Below, piece after piece: positions 1 to 9,496 of a stretch of 32,000 nt of DNA (its first letter is position 1; each line of letters begins with the position of its first letter). Position numbers and translations under genes: made by a program. The notes below the pieces were generated by a model, which saw only the letters and a list, made by a program, of their open reading frames with translations, had not been told where the DNA came from and did no database searches. This stretch comes from Candidatus Atelocyanobacterium thalassa isolate ALOHA (GTDB taxonomy: Bacteria; Cyanobacteriota; Cyanobacteriia; Cyanobacteriales; Microcystaceae), in the NCBI RefSeq assembly GCF_000025125.1, contig NC_013771.1, forward strand, positions 1,140,001 through 1,172,000, in the 5' to 3' direction.

Positions 1-565
1 TATTAACCTCATCTTCCCAAACCGGTAAGTTAAGTTGCCTACAAAAAAATAATGTTTCAGTACGGGAAGTATTTAATAAAGGACGTACCAAATTGATTGA
101 ATTAGTTAAAGGTCTTGTATTTGTTAATACACTTAAGCCATGGCTTCCTGCACCTCTGATCAAATTATATAAGACTGTTTCTGCCAAATCGCTTAAAGTG
201 TGACCTGTTACTATTGCGGTAAAGTTATTCTCTCTTGCGACTTCTAACAATACTTTGTAACGCCACTCTCTAGCTATAGATTCAGTGATTTTTAATATTT
301 GTGTTCGTTTTAAATAAAAATCAATATTCCATTCTTCAGATATCTTCTTAACATGATCAGAAATTCCTGTATCGGATGGCCAACCATGATCACAATGAGC
401 AATAGAAACCTCCCAATCCCATTTTATCCTGAGATCCATAATTATTTTGAGCAAACAGAGTGAATCCTGCCCTCCTGAAACTGCAACCAAGATACGTTTT
501 TTCGGAGGAAGAATTAAACTATTTTGAAGAGTTTTATGTACTTTTGTATGAAGAGATGTCCACAT
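1..565 (-). CDS. tilS: tRNA(Ile)-lysidine synthetase TilS, N-terminal part (3' end runs off the window)
   Basis: Absent from the ORF track because its stop lies outside the window. My reverse-strand translation from the ATG (complement of 563-565) reads MWTSLHTKVHKTLQNSLILPPKKRILVAVSGGQDSLCLLKIIMDL...IAHCDHGW...TGHTLSDLAETVLYNLIRGAG. It has the SGGxDS PP-loop and the downstream block typical of TilS/MesJ. Confidence 0.8.
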   Translation of the reverse strand, partial: MWTSLHTKVHKTLQNSLILPPKKRILVAVSGGQDSLCLLKIIMDLRIKWDWEVSIAHCDHGWPSDTGISDHVKKISEEWNIDFYLKRTQILKITESIAREWRYKVLLEVARENNFTAIVTGHTLSDLAETVLYNLIRGAGSHGLSVLTNTRPLTNSINLVRPLLNTSRTETLFFCRQLNLPVWEDEVN

Positions 566-686
566 TAAACGTTTCGTATTTTACTGACTAGTTTATAGAA
601 TGATAAATAAACATGAAAATTGTTTAATAATAATTATTAGAAACTATACAAAATTTGACTCTTAACATTATAGAAAAGCTACTAGT

Positions 687-1703
687 CTAACGAAAAATTT
701 GCTTTATAAAAACCAACCATAAGAATGTAATCCATTTCCTAAAAAGGTTAACTCCTAAGTAGCATATCCAGATCATTACAAAGCCTCCCGCTGCTAGAAT
801 TGCTGGCTTTCTACCTTGCCAGTCCTTGGTTATTCTGGCATGCAAATAAGCGGCAAATACCAGCCAAGTAATAAAAGCCCAAGTTTCTTTTGGATCCCAA
901 CTCCAGTAAGAACCCCAAGCTTCATTTGCCCATACTGCCCCAGCTATTATACCAATAGTCAATAACGGAAATCCTAAGCCTATGATCCTATAACTAAGAT
1001 TATCTAAATTATCTGCTAATTGAAGATGTTGAGGAGATAAATTTGTTTTAATAATAGATTCGTTATTTATACCTAAATTAAGTTCTTTGTTGTTAGAATT
1101 CTGAACTTTTTGAATCAAATGATTTGTGTTTTCAGGAAAATTTCTTGATAAATTATTTCTATAACTTCCTGTTCCAACAGAACTACCACGAAGATTAATA
1201 TCTTGATTCCTTGTAATAACTAAAAAAGCAATAGAAATAATGGAGCCTACCATTAAAGTAGAATAACTCAACATCATAATGCTAACATGCATCATCAACC
1301 AATTAGACTTAAGAGCAGGAACAAGGGGAGCTGAAACCTTCATGCTTGATGGTAAAGACATTGTGGCAAAAGCGGTAATTGCCATAGCTATAGGTGTTGT
1401 AACAACTCCTATTAGAGACATACCAAGCATCGATTCAGTTATTAAGTAAGTAGTAAGAATACCCCAAGTTAGGAAAAAAAGTGATTCATATAGATTACTT
1501 AAAGGAAAATAACCGCCTTCTAGCCATCTTGCTCCTAGCAAAGTTGCTATCAGTAAATTTGCTATTATTCCTCCGGTAGTTCCTAAGGTAGGTAGCCAAG
1601 TTAAAGAAGGGAAAGCTTTTCCTATCCAGTAAATTAGCATTGTCAATAACAAAATAAAAAACGATGCATTATCTAAAAAATTTTCTAAAATTACTAAATC
1701 CAT
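687..1703 (-). CDS. ccsA: Cytochrome c biogenesis protein CcsA (system II heme handling), with an apparently frameshifted C-terminus
   Basis: Polytopic membrane ORF with the tryptophan-rich WWD-type motif [14 protein letters not shown]. The N-terminus [15 protein letters not shown] looks like CcsA starts, so I prefer the ATG at complement 1701-1703 over the upstream ATG at 1722-1724. The last 17 codons ([18 protein letters not shown]) are out of frame relative to the conserved CcsA tail (see finding). Confidence 0.85.
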   Translation of the reverse strand: MDLVILENFLDNASFFILLLTMLIYWIGKAFPSLTWLPTLGTTGGIIANLLIATLLGARWLEGGYFPLSNLYESLFFLTWGILTTYLITESMLGMSLIGVVTTPIAMAITAFATMSLPSSMKVSAPLVPALKSNWLMMHVSIMMLSYSTLMVGSIISIAFLVITRNQDINLRGSSVGTGSYRNNLSRNFPENTNHLIQKVQNSNNKELNLGINNESIIKTNLSPQHLQLADNLDNLSYRIIGLGFPLLTIGIIAGAVWANEAWGSYWSWDPKETWAFITWLVFAAYLHARITKDWQGRKPAILAAGGFVMIWICYLGVNLFRKWITFLWLVFIKQIFR

Positions 1704-1914
1704 AAAATATCTAGTCTCCACCATTTTATTAGCTTATTTTCTTGTTTGATTCTAAGTTATTAATATTTTCCCATATAGTAGAAATCTTAATTTGTTCAGC
1801 TAAATATAAATATTGTTATTAATTTACACTTATATCTTAATACATAAGACTTTAACTAAATCAATAGAAGTGTATTATTTTTTTCTTATTATTAATATGT
1901 ATGAGAAATCCTAA

Positions 1915-1951
1915 GAGATTATCTTTCAGGCTATGCCTGAAAGATAATCTC
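1915..1951. repeat. Perfect 17-bp inverted repeat with a 3-nt loop (GAGATTATCTTTCAGGC TAT GCCTGAAAGATAATCTC)
   Basis: I checked every position: 1915-1931 pairs with 1951-1935 with no mismatch, and pairing stops at 1914/1952. It lies in the divergent ccsA/ruvB spacer. Confidence 0.9.
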
Positions 1952-2178
1952 ATAAGTGAATTGGTATTTGCAAAATTTGAGATTGTATCAACATTTAAAA
2001 AAGTAATATTAAAGCTCTTGAATTTATAAACAAGTTTTAAAATAGAAACTCAGTTTTTTAGAAATAATGTTTACCCTAAGGTAAGATTTATTAAATAGTA
2101 ACATTGCCTAAAATATTAAGCCATTTAGCTTTTATATAAAAGTATTATGGTAATCAATGATCCAGAAGTACTAAATTA

Positions 2179-3237
2179 ATGATCATCAAACGTAATAAAA
2201 CACCTCAAGATAGAACTAATAAAAATACTTCAAAAGAGTACAAAAGAGATCTATCTAATATTCAAAAAAATGAAGAAAAAAATTATTTAATAGATGATAT
2301 TCGTCCAAATTCTTTTAAAGAGTATATTGGGCAAAAAGATCTAAAGAATGTACTAGACATTATTATTAAAGCTGCTAAGTTGCGAGAAGAACCAATTGAT
2401 CACTTGCTCTTATATGGCCCACCTGGACTTGGAAAAACAACTATCTCTTTGATATTAGCATCAGAGATGGGAGTTGATTGTAAAATTACTTCTGCACCAT
2501 CTCTAGAAAAGCCCAAAGATATAATTGGACTTTTAGTAAAATTAAAGCCTGGAGACGTTTTGTTTATTGACGAAATTCATCGATTAAATCATTTAACTGA
2601 AGAAATATTATATCCAGTGATGGAAGACTATCGTCTTGATATCACAATTGGCAAAGGACAACTAACTAAAATAAGCAGTATCTCTTTACCGAAATTTACT
2701 TTAATCGGAGCTACTACTAAAATTGGCAGTATATCTTTCCCTTTAAGAGATCGTTTTGGATTAGTTCAACGTTTAAAGTATTATGAGTATCATGAATTAG
2801 CTTTAATTATTAAGCGTAGCGCCTTAGTCTTAAAAACTCCAATTACTGATGAAGGAGCAAATGAAATTGCTATCCGCTCTAGAGGAACTCCTAGAATTGC
2901 TAATCGCTTGCTAAAAAGAATTAGAGACTATATGCAAGTTAAACAAATGAATCTTATTACAAAAGATCTAGCTATAGATGCTTTAAATTTATACAAAATA
3001 GATTCTAGAGGATTAAATTGGACTGACCATCTAATTTTAGAAACTATGATTTTTCAATTTAATGGAGGGCCTGTCGGTTTAGAGGCTATTGCTGCATCCA
3101 CTGGAGAAGATATAAAAACTATTAAAGAGGTTTATGAACCATACTTGCTACAAATTGGTTATATAAATCGTACACCAAGAGGGAGAGTCGTTACAGAAGC
3201 AGCATATAAATATATAGAGACAATAAAGAGAGAATAA
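2179..3237 (+). CDS. ruvB: Holliday junction branch migration helicase RuvB
   Basis: ATG start. Walker [10 protein letters not shown], Walker [10 protein letters not shown], sensor [12 protein letters not shown] and the C-terminal RTPRGRV motif; 352 aa. Confidence 0.95.
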   Translation: MIIKRNKTPQDRTNKNTSKEYKRDLSNIQKNEEKNYLIDDIRPNSFKEYIGQKDLKNVLDIIIKAAKLREEPIDHLLLYGPPGLGKTTISLILASEMGVDCKITSAPSLEKPKDIIGLLVKLKPGDVLFIDEIHRLNHLTEEILYPVMEDYRLDITIGKGQLTKISSISLPKFTLIGATTKIGSISFPLRDRFGLVQRLKYYEYHELALIIKRSALVLKTPITDEGANEIAIRSRGTPRIANRLLKRIRDYMQVKQMNLITKDLAIDALNLYKIDSRGLNWTDHLILETMIFQFNGGPVGLEAIAASTGEDIKTIKEVYEPYLLQIGYINRTPRGRVVTEAAYKYIETIKRE

Positions 3238-3403
3238 AGATTTATAGAAAACTCATATCTCAATTACTAATATTATCAATAAAATCTACTCTCAAAAGAT
3301 ACTACTTCTTTCGAAAAAGTAATCAACTATTAGCTTTCATTCTTTATTCTCGTTTACAAAAAGAAAATTGTAAAACTTATATTTAACTATATATTCTCAA
3401 TAG

Positions 3404-4339
3404 CTAACCATTCCATATTTTTTCTAAAATTGTTGACGAAGAAATATCAGCCAATTGATTGCTTGGAGACTGGATTGCAATACAACGATCATAATTGGTA
3501 GGAATTTTATGGTTAGCTTTAGTATCCGAAAATAGTGCTATTGTATATGTTCCTACAGCTATACCTAATTGCAATGGGACACTATCAATACAAACCAAAA
3601 GATTGGCTCCGGCGATAACTGCAGAAAGTTTTCCCAAGTTATCAGGATTGATGATTTTAAGATTTTTGCAATTATCCAAGATGGACTTTGTCCATGTTTG
3701 TTCAGTATTACTTTCAAGCAAAACAATTGATAAAGAAGGTTCTTTCTTTTGAATGCTGTTAATAATTTCTATCCAACTAGATACTGGATAAGAATTATTT
3801 TCACCTCCATATATCGCGATATAACCATTTTCTTTTACCGATAAACTTTGTAACTGCGTTTCAGTCCAGCTAATGTCATCTTTCGGAACAGCTATTTTTA
3901 TAGAAGGGCAGGAAGGTTGAATATTTAATTTAAGAAGCAGATCATGATATGTTTCCGCAGCATATTGTTCTTCTTTTTGAGTGATTGAATGAGACAAGAA
4001 CCATGATGTTTGCGTTTTATAACCAATACGCCAAGGAATACTATTTGACCACAATAATAATTCTAAAATCAATTTATTCCCAGTGGTGATAGCAATGTCA
4101 TATCCTCTGTCACGAATTACTCCAACTAAATTTAGATAATCAGCGGATACATTACGATCTTGATAATCAAAAAAAAGAATTTCATTCACGTAGGGACATA
4201 TTCGGTAAGCAGATTTAGCCAATGGCTCTACTAAAACATCAATCAAGACATTAGGATATTTATTTTTCAGACTTTCTAAAGTTGGAAAGAATAAGAGCTG
4301 TTCATTTATTCCTCCAGGAACTAAACATAGTATTCTCAT
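3404..4339 (-). CDS. Glycosyltransferase family 9 (heptosyltransferase-like) protein
   Basis: The N-terminus MRILCLVPGG...FFPTLESLKNKYPNVLIDVLV and the C-terminal LSAVIAGANLLVCIDSVPLQLGIAVGTYTIALF block match the GT9 pattern (MRILxI..GD...P...LK...P...I..L ... DSGP.HLA.A.G.P...LF). Confidence 0.75.
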   Translation of the reverse strand: MRILCLVPGGINEQLLFFPTLESLKNKYPNVLIDVLVEPLAKSAYRICPYVNEILFFDYQDRNVSADYLNLVGVIRDRGYDIAITTGNKLILELLLWSNSIPWRIGYKTQTSWFLSHSITQKEEQYAAETYHDLLLKLNIQPSCPSIKIAVPKDDISWTETQLQSLSVKENGYIAIYGGENNSYPVSSWIEIINSIQKKEPSLSIVLLESNTEQTWTKSILDNCKNLKIINPDNLGKLSAVIAGANLLVCIDSVPLQLGIAVGTYTIALFSDTKANHKIPTNYDRCIAIQSPSNQLADISSSTILEKIWNG

Positions 4340-4430
4340 AGTTTGTATTTAAATTGTGATGTTTATTTATCTAGATTACGACATAATAGTTCAACTTTAA
4401 TAAAAAAGTTCTAAAAGTTTTCTAAAAATT

Positions 4431-4469
4431 AAAATATGTACAATCAGTTAAACTGATTGTACATATTTT
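4431..4469. repeat. Perfect 19-bp inverted repeat around a single centre base (AAAATATGTACAATCAGTT A AACTGATTGTACATATTTT)
   Basis: 4431-4449 pairs with 4469-4451 with no mismatch. An A-tract forms the left end and a T-tract the right. It lies in the divergent GT9/nadD spacer. Confidence 0.9.
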
Positions 4470-4621
4470 TTATATTAATTTTTTACGGATTCATATTACC
4501 CTTTTAAAAAAATAATAGTAATTCAGATTCATGTAATATTTATATATCGGAATTTAAATATTTTTAGAATAGCAAAACTATTTAATATTGTGTTAGATGC
4601 TTAGTTTCAAAGTGAGACCAT

Positions 4622-5188
4622 ATGAATGAAATTGCCTTATTTGGTACAAGTGCAGATCCTCCTACAGCTGGACATCAGTCAATTATTTCATGGTTATCAT
4701 TCCATTATGACAAAGTAGGTATTTGGGCTTCTGACAATCCTTTTAAAAAGCATCAAACCTCCTTGTATCATAGGACAATAATGCTAGGGCTACTTATTGA
4801 CAATATATATCCACCTCGTCGTAACATTCATCTCTCAAAAACTTTAAGTCACCATAAAAGTCTTGTAAGTGTCGCTAGAGCTAAGGATATTTGGGAAATT
4901 CAAGCAAACTATACATTAGTTATCGGTTCAGATCTAGTAAAACAAATTTGTCAATGGCATCATGTTGACAAGTTATTTTCTGAAGTTTTCATCCTGATAA
5001 TTCTTCGCTCTGGTTATGTAATTGATAAATTAGACTTACAGGCACTAGTTGAATTAGGAGCTAGATATCAAATTGTTGATTTAAATGCTCCTGGTGTTTC
5101 ATCTACTACTTATCGAAAATACAGGGATAAAAACGTATTAATTAAATCTGTTCAAGATTATATTATTCGAGAGCAGCTATATGTATAG
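4622..5188 (+). CDS. nadD: Nicotinate-nucleotide adenylyltransferase
   Basis: The N-terminal IALFGTSADPPTAGHQSII ((H/T)xGH nucleotidyltransferase motif) and the C-terminal SSTTYR (ISSTxxR-type motif) fit NadD; 188 aa. It sits directly upstream of nadE. Confidence 0.85.
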   Translation: MNEIALFGTSADPPTAGHQSIISWLSFHYDKVGIWASDNPFKKHQTSLYHRTIMLGLLIDNIYPPRRNIHLSKTLSHHKSLVSVARAKDIWEIQANYTLVIGSDLVKQICQWHHVDKLFSEVFILIILRSGYVIDKLDLQALVELGARYQIVDLNAPGVSSTTYRKYRDKNVLIKSVQDYIIREQLYV

Positions 5189-5467
5189 TATACAAAAAAT
5201 AAATAGGTTCCAAAAACTTTATAGTCTCATCAAAAATATTATTTTTCTATAACTCGCAAAAAGGCCGAATTTTTAGTTATTAGTAGTTAAAGGATGACAT
5301 TATAAAATTTGTTTCTTATTCAATAAACTTTTATATGAATAAGAATTTACAAGTAATACTTTAGAATGGTATCTAAGTCTAAAATACCGAAAAATAATAT
5401 TTAAATTTATATTAATTAGTATAAAAAGTTTAGTTATTTATAAGATCAACATTTAAAATAACCAACT

Positions 5468-7153
5468 ATGAAAATCTTAATCGCTCAGCTTAATCCTATT
5501 GTTGGTAATCTAAAATACAATGCTGACAGCATTTATAAGTCAGCTATTTTAGCAAAACAAAAAAACGTTGAATTATTATTAACTCCGGAACTTTCTTTAT
5601 GTGGCTATCCTCCAAAAGACTTAGTTCTAAATACTAATTTTATTCAAAATTCATGGTTAGAATTACAAAAATTAGCGAAAAAAATACCACCAAAACTAGC
5701 AGTTTTAGTTGGGCTTGTTACTAAGAATTATTATTCAGAAATCAAAGGAGAGAAACCTCTATTTAATAGTATTGTTTTACTTCAAAATAATGCTATTAAA
5801 CAAATTTTTCATAAACGTCTTCTACCAAATTATGATGTATTCGATGAAAAGCATTACTTTGAATCAGGGAAAGTGAGTAGTTTTTTTGAATTATCATCTT
5901 CTTCAAAAAGAAATGAGTCTTCCAGAATTGGAGTGACAATATGTGAAGATTTATGGAATGAAGAAAGCTTTTGGAGTAAAAGAAATTATAAAAATAATCC
6001 AATTAGAGATCTTGTTAGATACAAAGTCGATTTAATTGTTAATTTATCAGCTTCTCCATATGTTATTAATAAACAAAAAACCAGAGAATCTATTTTAAAA
6101 CACAGTGCAAAACTATATCAGACACCTATTATTTATGTTAATCAAATTGGAGGTAACGATGATTTAATTTTTGATGGACATAGTTGTGCAGTGAACAAAA
6201 AAGGGGAAGTTGTTTTACGTACTAAAGGTTTTCAGATACGCACAGAGATTATTGAGTATCACCAGTCAATCAAAGACCTAACATTGAGCCTTAATAAAAA
6301 TTCTATAACAGCAGAAGAAGAAGTTTGGTCAGCATTAGTATTAGGATTAAAAGACTATGTCATAAAGTGTGGATTTTCAAAAGTAGTCTTAGGCTTAAGC
6401 GGCGGTATAGACTCATCTTTAGTTGCTTCAATAGCAGTCGAGGCTCTAGGTGCGAAAAATGTTTTAGGAATACTAATGCCTTCTCCTTATAGCTCACAGC
6501 ATTCAATTACTGACGCAAAACATCTAGCTGACAACTTAGGTATTAACAGTTACATGATTCCTATTGATAACATCATGTTGGCATATACTTATTCTTTAGA
6601 TGTACTATTTAAAACAGTAGACATTGGAATTGCTGAAGAAAATTTACAATCAAGAATTAGGGGCAATATCTTAATGGCCATTGCTAATAAATTTGGACAT
6701 TTACTACTTTCAACAGGTAATAAATCTGAAATATCAATAGGATACTGCACCCTGTATGGAGATATGAATGGTGGTATAGGTGTGATTGCAGATGTTTCAA
6801 AAACTCAAGTTTTTTCTCTTTGTAAATGGCTTAATAAATCTCAAGAGATTATTCCAATTAATATTCTCCTAAAACCTCCAAGTGCTGAACTAAAACCCAA
6901 CCAAGTAGATCAAGATTCCCTACCTTCTTATAATATTTTGGACGATCTGTTAAATAGATTCATTAATCATCATCAATCTATCCAAGAACTACACAAGGTT
7001 GGGTTTGAGTATGATTTATTATATAGAGTAGCAAAGTTAATCATCCGTGCTGAATTCAAAAGAAAACAGGCTCCTCCAGGATTAAAGATTACGAATCGTG
7101 CTTTTGGTACTGGATGGAGAATGCCTATAGCAAGTCAATTAGAATTAAGTTAA
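5468..7153 (+). CDS. nadE: Glutamine-dependent NAD+ synthetase
   Basis: The N-terminal carbon-nitrogen hydrolase half carries the catalytic-Cys context GVTICEDLW. The C-terminal synthetase half carries the PP-loop SGGIDSS and ends in GWRMPIA; 561 aa. Confidence 0.92.
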   Translation: MKILIAQLNPIVGNLKYNADSIYKSAILAKQKNVELLLTPELSLCGYPPKDLVLNTNFIQNSWLELQKLAKKIPPKLAVLVGLVTKNYYSEIKGEKPLFNSIVLLQNNAIKQIFHKRLLPNYDVFDEKHYFESGKVSSFFELSSSSKRNESSRIGVTICEDLWNEESFWSKRNYKNNPIRDLVRYKVDLIVNLSASPYVINKQKTRESILKHSAKLYQTPIIYVNQIGGNDDLIFDGHSCAVNKKGEVVLRTKGFQIRTEIIEYHQSIKDLTLSLNKNSITAEEEVWSALVLGLKDYVIKCGFSKVVLGLSGGIDSSLVASIAVEALGAKNVLGILMPSPYSSQHSITDAKHLADNLGINSYMIPIDNIMLAYTYSLDVLFKTVDIGIAEENLQSRIRGNILMAIANKFGHLLLSTGNKSEISIGYCTLYGDMNGGIGVIADVSKTQVFSLCKWLNKSQEIIPINILLKPPSAELKPNQVDQDSLPSYNILDDLLNRFINHHQSIQELHKVGFEYDLLYRVAKLIIRAEFKRKQAPPGLKITNRAFGTGWRMPIASQLELS

Positions 7154-7238
7154 CTTACGGAAATATTCTTTTTTGTTGCAAGATATGTTGTATATGTATG
7201 CAATATATAAAATTTTTTATACAAAAAATCAAAAATTA

Positions 7239-8141
7239 TTAATTTATAAAATCAAGATATCCTCTATCGCCATCTATACTAACTTTCATTCCTACTGGCA
7301 AAGTAGCATTTACCTTACCATGTCCGAAAGGTAAATTTGAGATAATAGGAATATTAAGATCCGATAAACGATCACGTAATACTTCTTCTACAGTCCAAGA
7401 AGGGTTTTTAGAAAAAGTATTACATTGGTTAAAGCTCCCTAGTGCAATTCCATTAATTTTGTTAAAGATTCCCATTAATCGCCATTGTGTTAATATTCTG
7501 TCAATTTTATAAGGATCCTCTCCGATATCCTCTAGTGCTAAAACTGTCCCATGAAAAGATGGTTGTAATGGAGTCCCTAATAAATGAGTGGCTACAGTTA
7601 AATTAGCTGGCAATAGTATTCCCCGATTAATACCTCCACCCCATCCTTCACCTTTTAGGCTCGGTAAACTAAGACCTTCAATATATCTGAAAAATCTTTC
7701 TACAGACCAACTAGGTTCGTTACATAATGTCGTCAGGACAGGACCATGAATGCTTTGAATATTTATACTGGCTAATTTCCAAAGCAATACTGTAATGTCT
7801 GAAAAACCTATAATCCATTTAGGATATTTTGCAAGTAAAGTATTTAATTCTTTCTGCTCAAATAGTCTAATACATCCATAACCTCCTCGAAGTGGAATAA
7901 TAGCTTTACATATTGGATTTTGTAAAGCTTCTAAAAAATCACTTCTACGCTGACTATCTGTACCTGCTAAATAGCCATTAAATGCATTCCAATTTTTACT
8001 TAGAACTACATCGTATCCCTTCGAACGCCAAACTTCTATACCTTTTTCTAAATTGGATAATTCCATAAAAGGTCCACTTGGAGCAATAATTTGTACCTTG
8101 TCTCCTGGATTAAGAAAAGGTGGAGCTTGAAAAGAATCCAT
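7239..8141 (-). CDS. LD-carboxypeptidase (peptidase S66, muramoyltetrapeptide carboxypeptidase-like)
   Basis: Nucleophile elbow GFSDITVL, then the acidic LEDIGEDPYKIDR and the FGHG histidine, in the order of the S66 Ser-Glu-His triad; 300 aa. Confidence 0.8.
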   Translation of the reverse strand: MDSFQAPPFLNPGDKVQIIAPSGPFMELSNLEKGIEVWRSKGYDVVLSKNWNAFNGYLAGTDSQRRSDFLEALQNPICKAIIPLRGGYGCIRLFEQKELNTLLAKYPKWIIGFSDITVLLWKLASINIQSIHGPVLTTLCNEPSWSVERFFRYIEGLSLPSLKGEGWGGGINRGILLPANLTVATHLLGTPLQPSFHGTVLALEDIGEDPYKIDRILTQWRLMGIFNKINGIALGSFNQCNTFSKNPSWTVEEVLRDRLSDLNIPIISNLPFGHGKVNATLPVGMKVSIDGDRGYLDFIN

Positions 8142-8295
8142 AAATATTATTAATTCTGTTTTTTTGTTTAAATTAATACTAAAAAATTATTACTATAAAT
8201 CGAAAATATATAATTCTATAAGAAAAATCATACTGTAGTTAAGTCGCAGTACTTTATGAAATAAAAAATACTTACTATTATTAATAAATTAATGA

Positions 8296-9282
8296 TTATA
8301 CATATCCATTATTTACAAACCAGTCTATAGCATCTTTGAGTGAATCATTGATAGGTTTATAAGATATTTTTAATTCATTAACAGCCTTGGAAGAATCATA
8401 ATACATGGATTTTGTAGACATTCTAACTCCATCTAAAGGAATTCCTTGTTTTTTTCCAAAAGAACATAATATATACTCTCCCATCCAAGCAAGTATCAAA
8501 GGTATCCATATTGGTAATGTTCTTCTAGGAGCTTTTAATCCAGTGAGATAAGATAATTCATCCAGTAAAGCTTTTAAGCTCATATTCTTATTGCCCAAAA
8601 TATATCTTTGTCCTACTTCCCCTCTTTCTAGAGCTAAAATATGTCCATGAGCTACATCTCGAACATCGATTAAATTTAATCCTGTATCTACATATGCAGG
8701 CATTCTACGACGTAAAAATCTTAAAATAATTTCTCCGGTTGGAGTAGGCTTAATATCTAGTGGACCTATTGGAGTACTAGGATTAACAATAATAATATTT
8801 TGACCATTTGCTACAGCTTTATACACTTCTTGTTCTGCCCAATATTTAGACTTTTTATAATGTCCAATTATTTTATCTACAGGAGCTTGATAATTTTCGT
8901 TGACAATTTCTCCTGTTTCCTTTACTCCTATAGCAGCGACAGAGCTAGTATAGACAATGCGTTCAACATTAGCTTGCTTGGCTGCTTTTAAAATTGAACG
9001 AGTTCCAATCACATTACTAATATATAGTTGATTCTTATCTATTTGGTATAAAGAATAATAAGCAGCAACATGGAATAAAAATTTACATCCTCTTATTTTT
9101 TCTGCTAAATCAATATCATTGAGATCTCCAAAAACAATATCAACATCCAAATCTTTTAAGTTATTTAAAGTACTATGGCTGCGAGCTAAAACACGAACTT
9201 GATATTTCTTTTGTATTAAAAGTCTAACAAGGTTTGCACCTACGAAACCTGTGGCACCAGTGACAAATACTTTAGTAGTCAT
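8296..9282 (-). CDS. NAD-dependent epimerase/dehydratase family protein (extended SDR; dihydroflavonol-reductase/HpnA-like)
   Basis: Rossmann motif VFVTGATGFVGANLV at the N-terminus and catalytic YxxxK as YKKSK; 328 aa. The substrate cannot be assigned from sequence. Confidence 0.75.
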   Translation of the reverse strand: MTTKVFVTGATGFVGANLVRLLIQKKYQVRVLARSHSTLNNLKDLDVDIVFGDLNDIDLAEKIRGCKFLFHVAAYYSLYQIDKNQLYISNVIGTRSILKAAKQANVERIVYTSSVAAIGVKETGEIVNENYQAPVDKIIGHYKKSKYWAEQEVYKAVANGQNIIIVNPSTPIGPLDIKPTPTGEIILRFLRRRMPAYVDTGLNLIDVRDVAHGHILALERGEVGQRYILGNKNMSLKALLDELSYLTGLKAPRRTLPIWIPLILAWMGEYILCSFGKKQGIPLDGVRMSTKSMYYDSSKAVNELKISYKPINDSLKDAIDWFVNNGYV

Positions 9283-9496
9283 AATTTATAACAAGAAAAA
9301 AATTTATTTTAAACGTATTGCTCTATAAGGTGTAGTGGCGATTGTTAGTATCTTATGAAATTAAAATCGCTTATTAACTTGGAGTATAAAAATACTACTT
9401 CTCATAGTAATTAATTATTAATTAAAAGATGATAAGAATTTTTTCTTAAAAACTAGTAAATTACTGTAAGTATTTAAAGATATTTATACTTCAAGC

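Noticed and set aside
1915-1951. Fur-box-like hexamers (GATAAT/ATTATC) in the arms of the 17-bp palindrome
   Set aside because: The two hexamers are about 20 bp apart rather than adjacent as in the 19-bp Fur consensus. The similarity is what any AT-rich palindrome would give.
1901-2029. 42-codon ATG ORF (MRNPKRLSFRLCLKDNLISELVFAKFEIVSTFKKVILKLLNL) running through the 17-bp palindrome
   Set aside because: It has no Shine-Dalgarno and no similarity I recognise. With about 8% stop codons per random codon at this composition, a 42-codon open stretch is expected by chance somewhere in the spacers. The palindrome itself explains the absence of stops on both strands.
3495-3752. 85-aa plus-strand ORF inside the GT9 gene
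   Set aside because: It lies entirely antisense to a well-supported gene and has no recognisable motif. This is a typical shadow ORF.
4431-4469. NtcA (GTA-N8-TAC), CRP-like or LexA-like site within the 19-bp palindrome. I also checked GTATAGTTATAGTAC at about 10256-10270.
   Set aside because: The GTA...TAC half-sites are separated by 19 nt in the palindrome and by 9 nt at about 10256-10270, not the required 8. There is no TGTGA/TCACA or LexA-type half-site either.
5313-5345. 10-bp A/T-rich stem (TTCTTATTCA / TGAATAAGAA) between nadD and nadE
   Set aside because: The loop is 13 nt, there is a single G:C pair and only TTT follows. It may be a weak nadD terminator but is not distinguishable from background AT-rich self-complementarity.
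5796-6002. 68-aa minus-strand ORF inside nadE
   Set aside because: It is antisense to a conserved gene and its sequence is low-complexity and F/K/I-rich, so I treat it as a shadow ORF.
8800-8991. 63-aa plus-strand ORF inside the epimerase gene
   Set aside because: It is antisense to a conserved gene and has no motifs.
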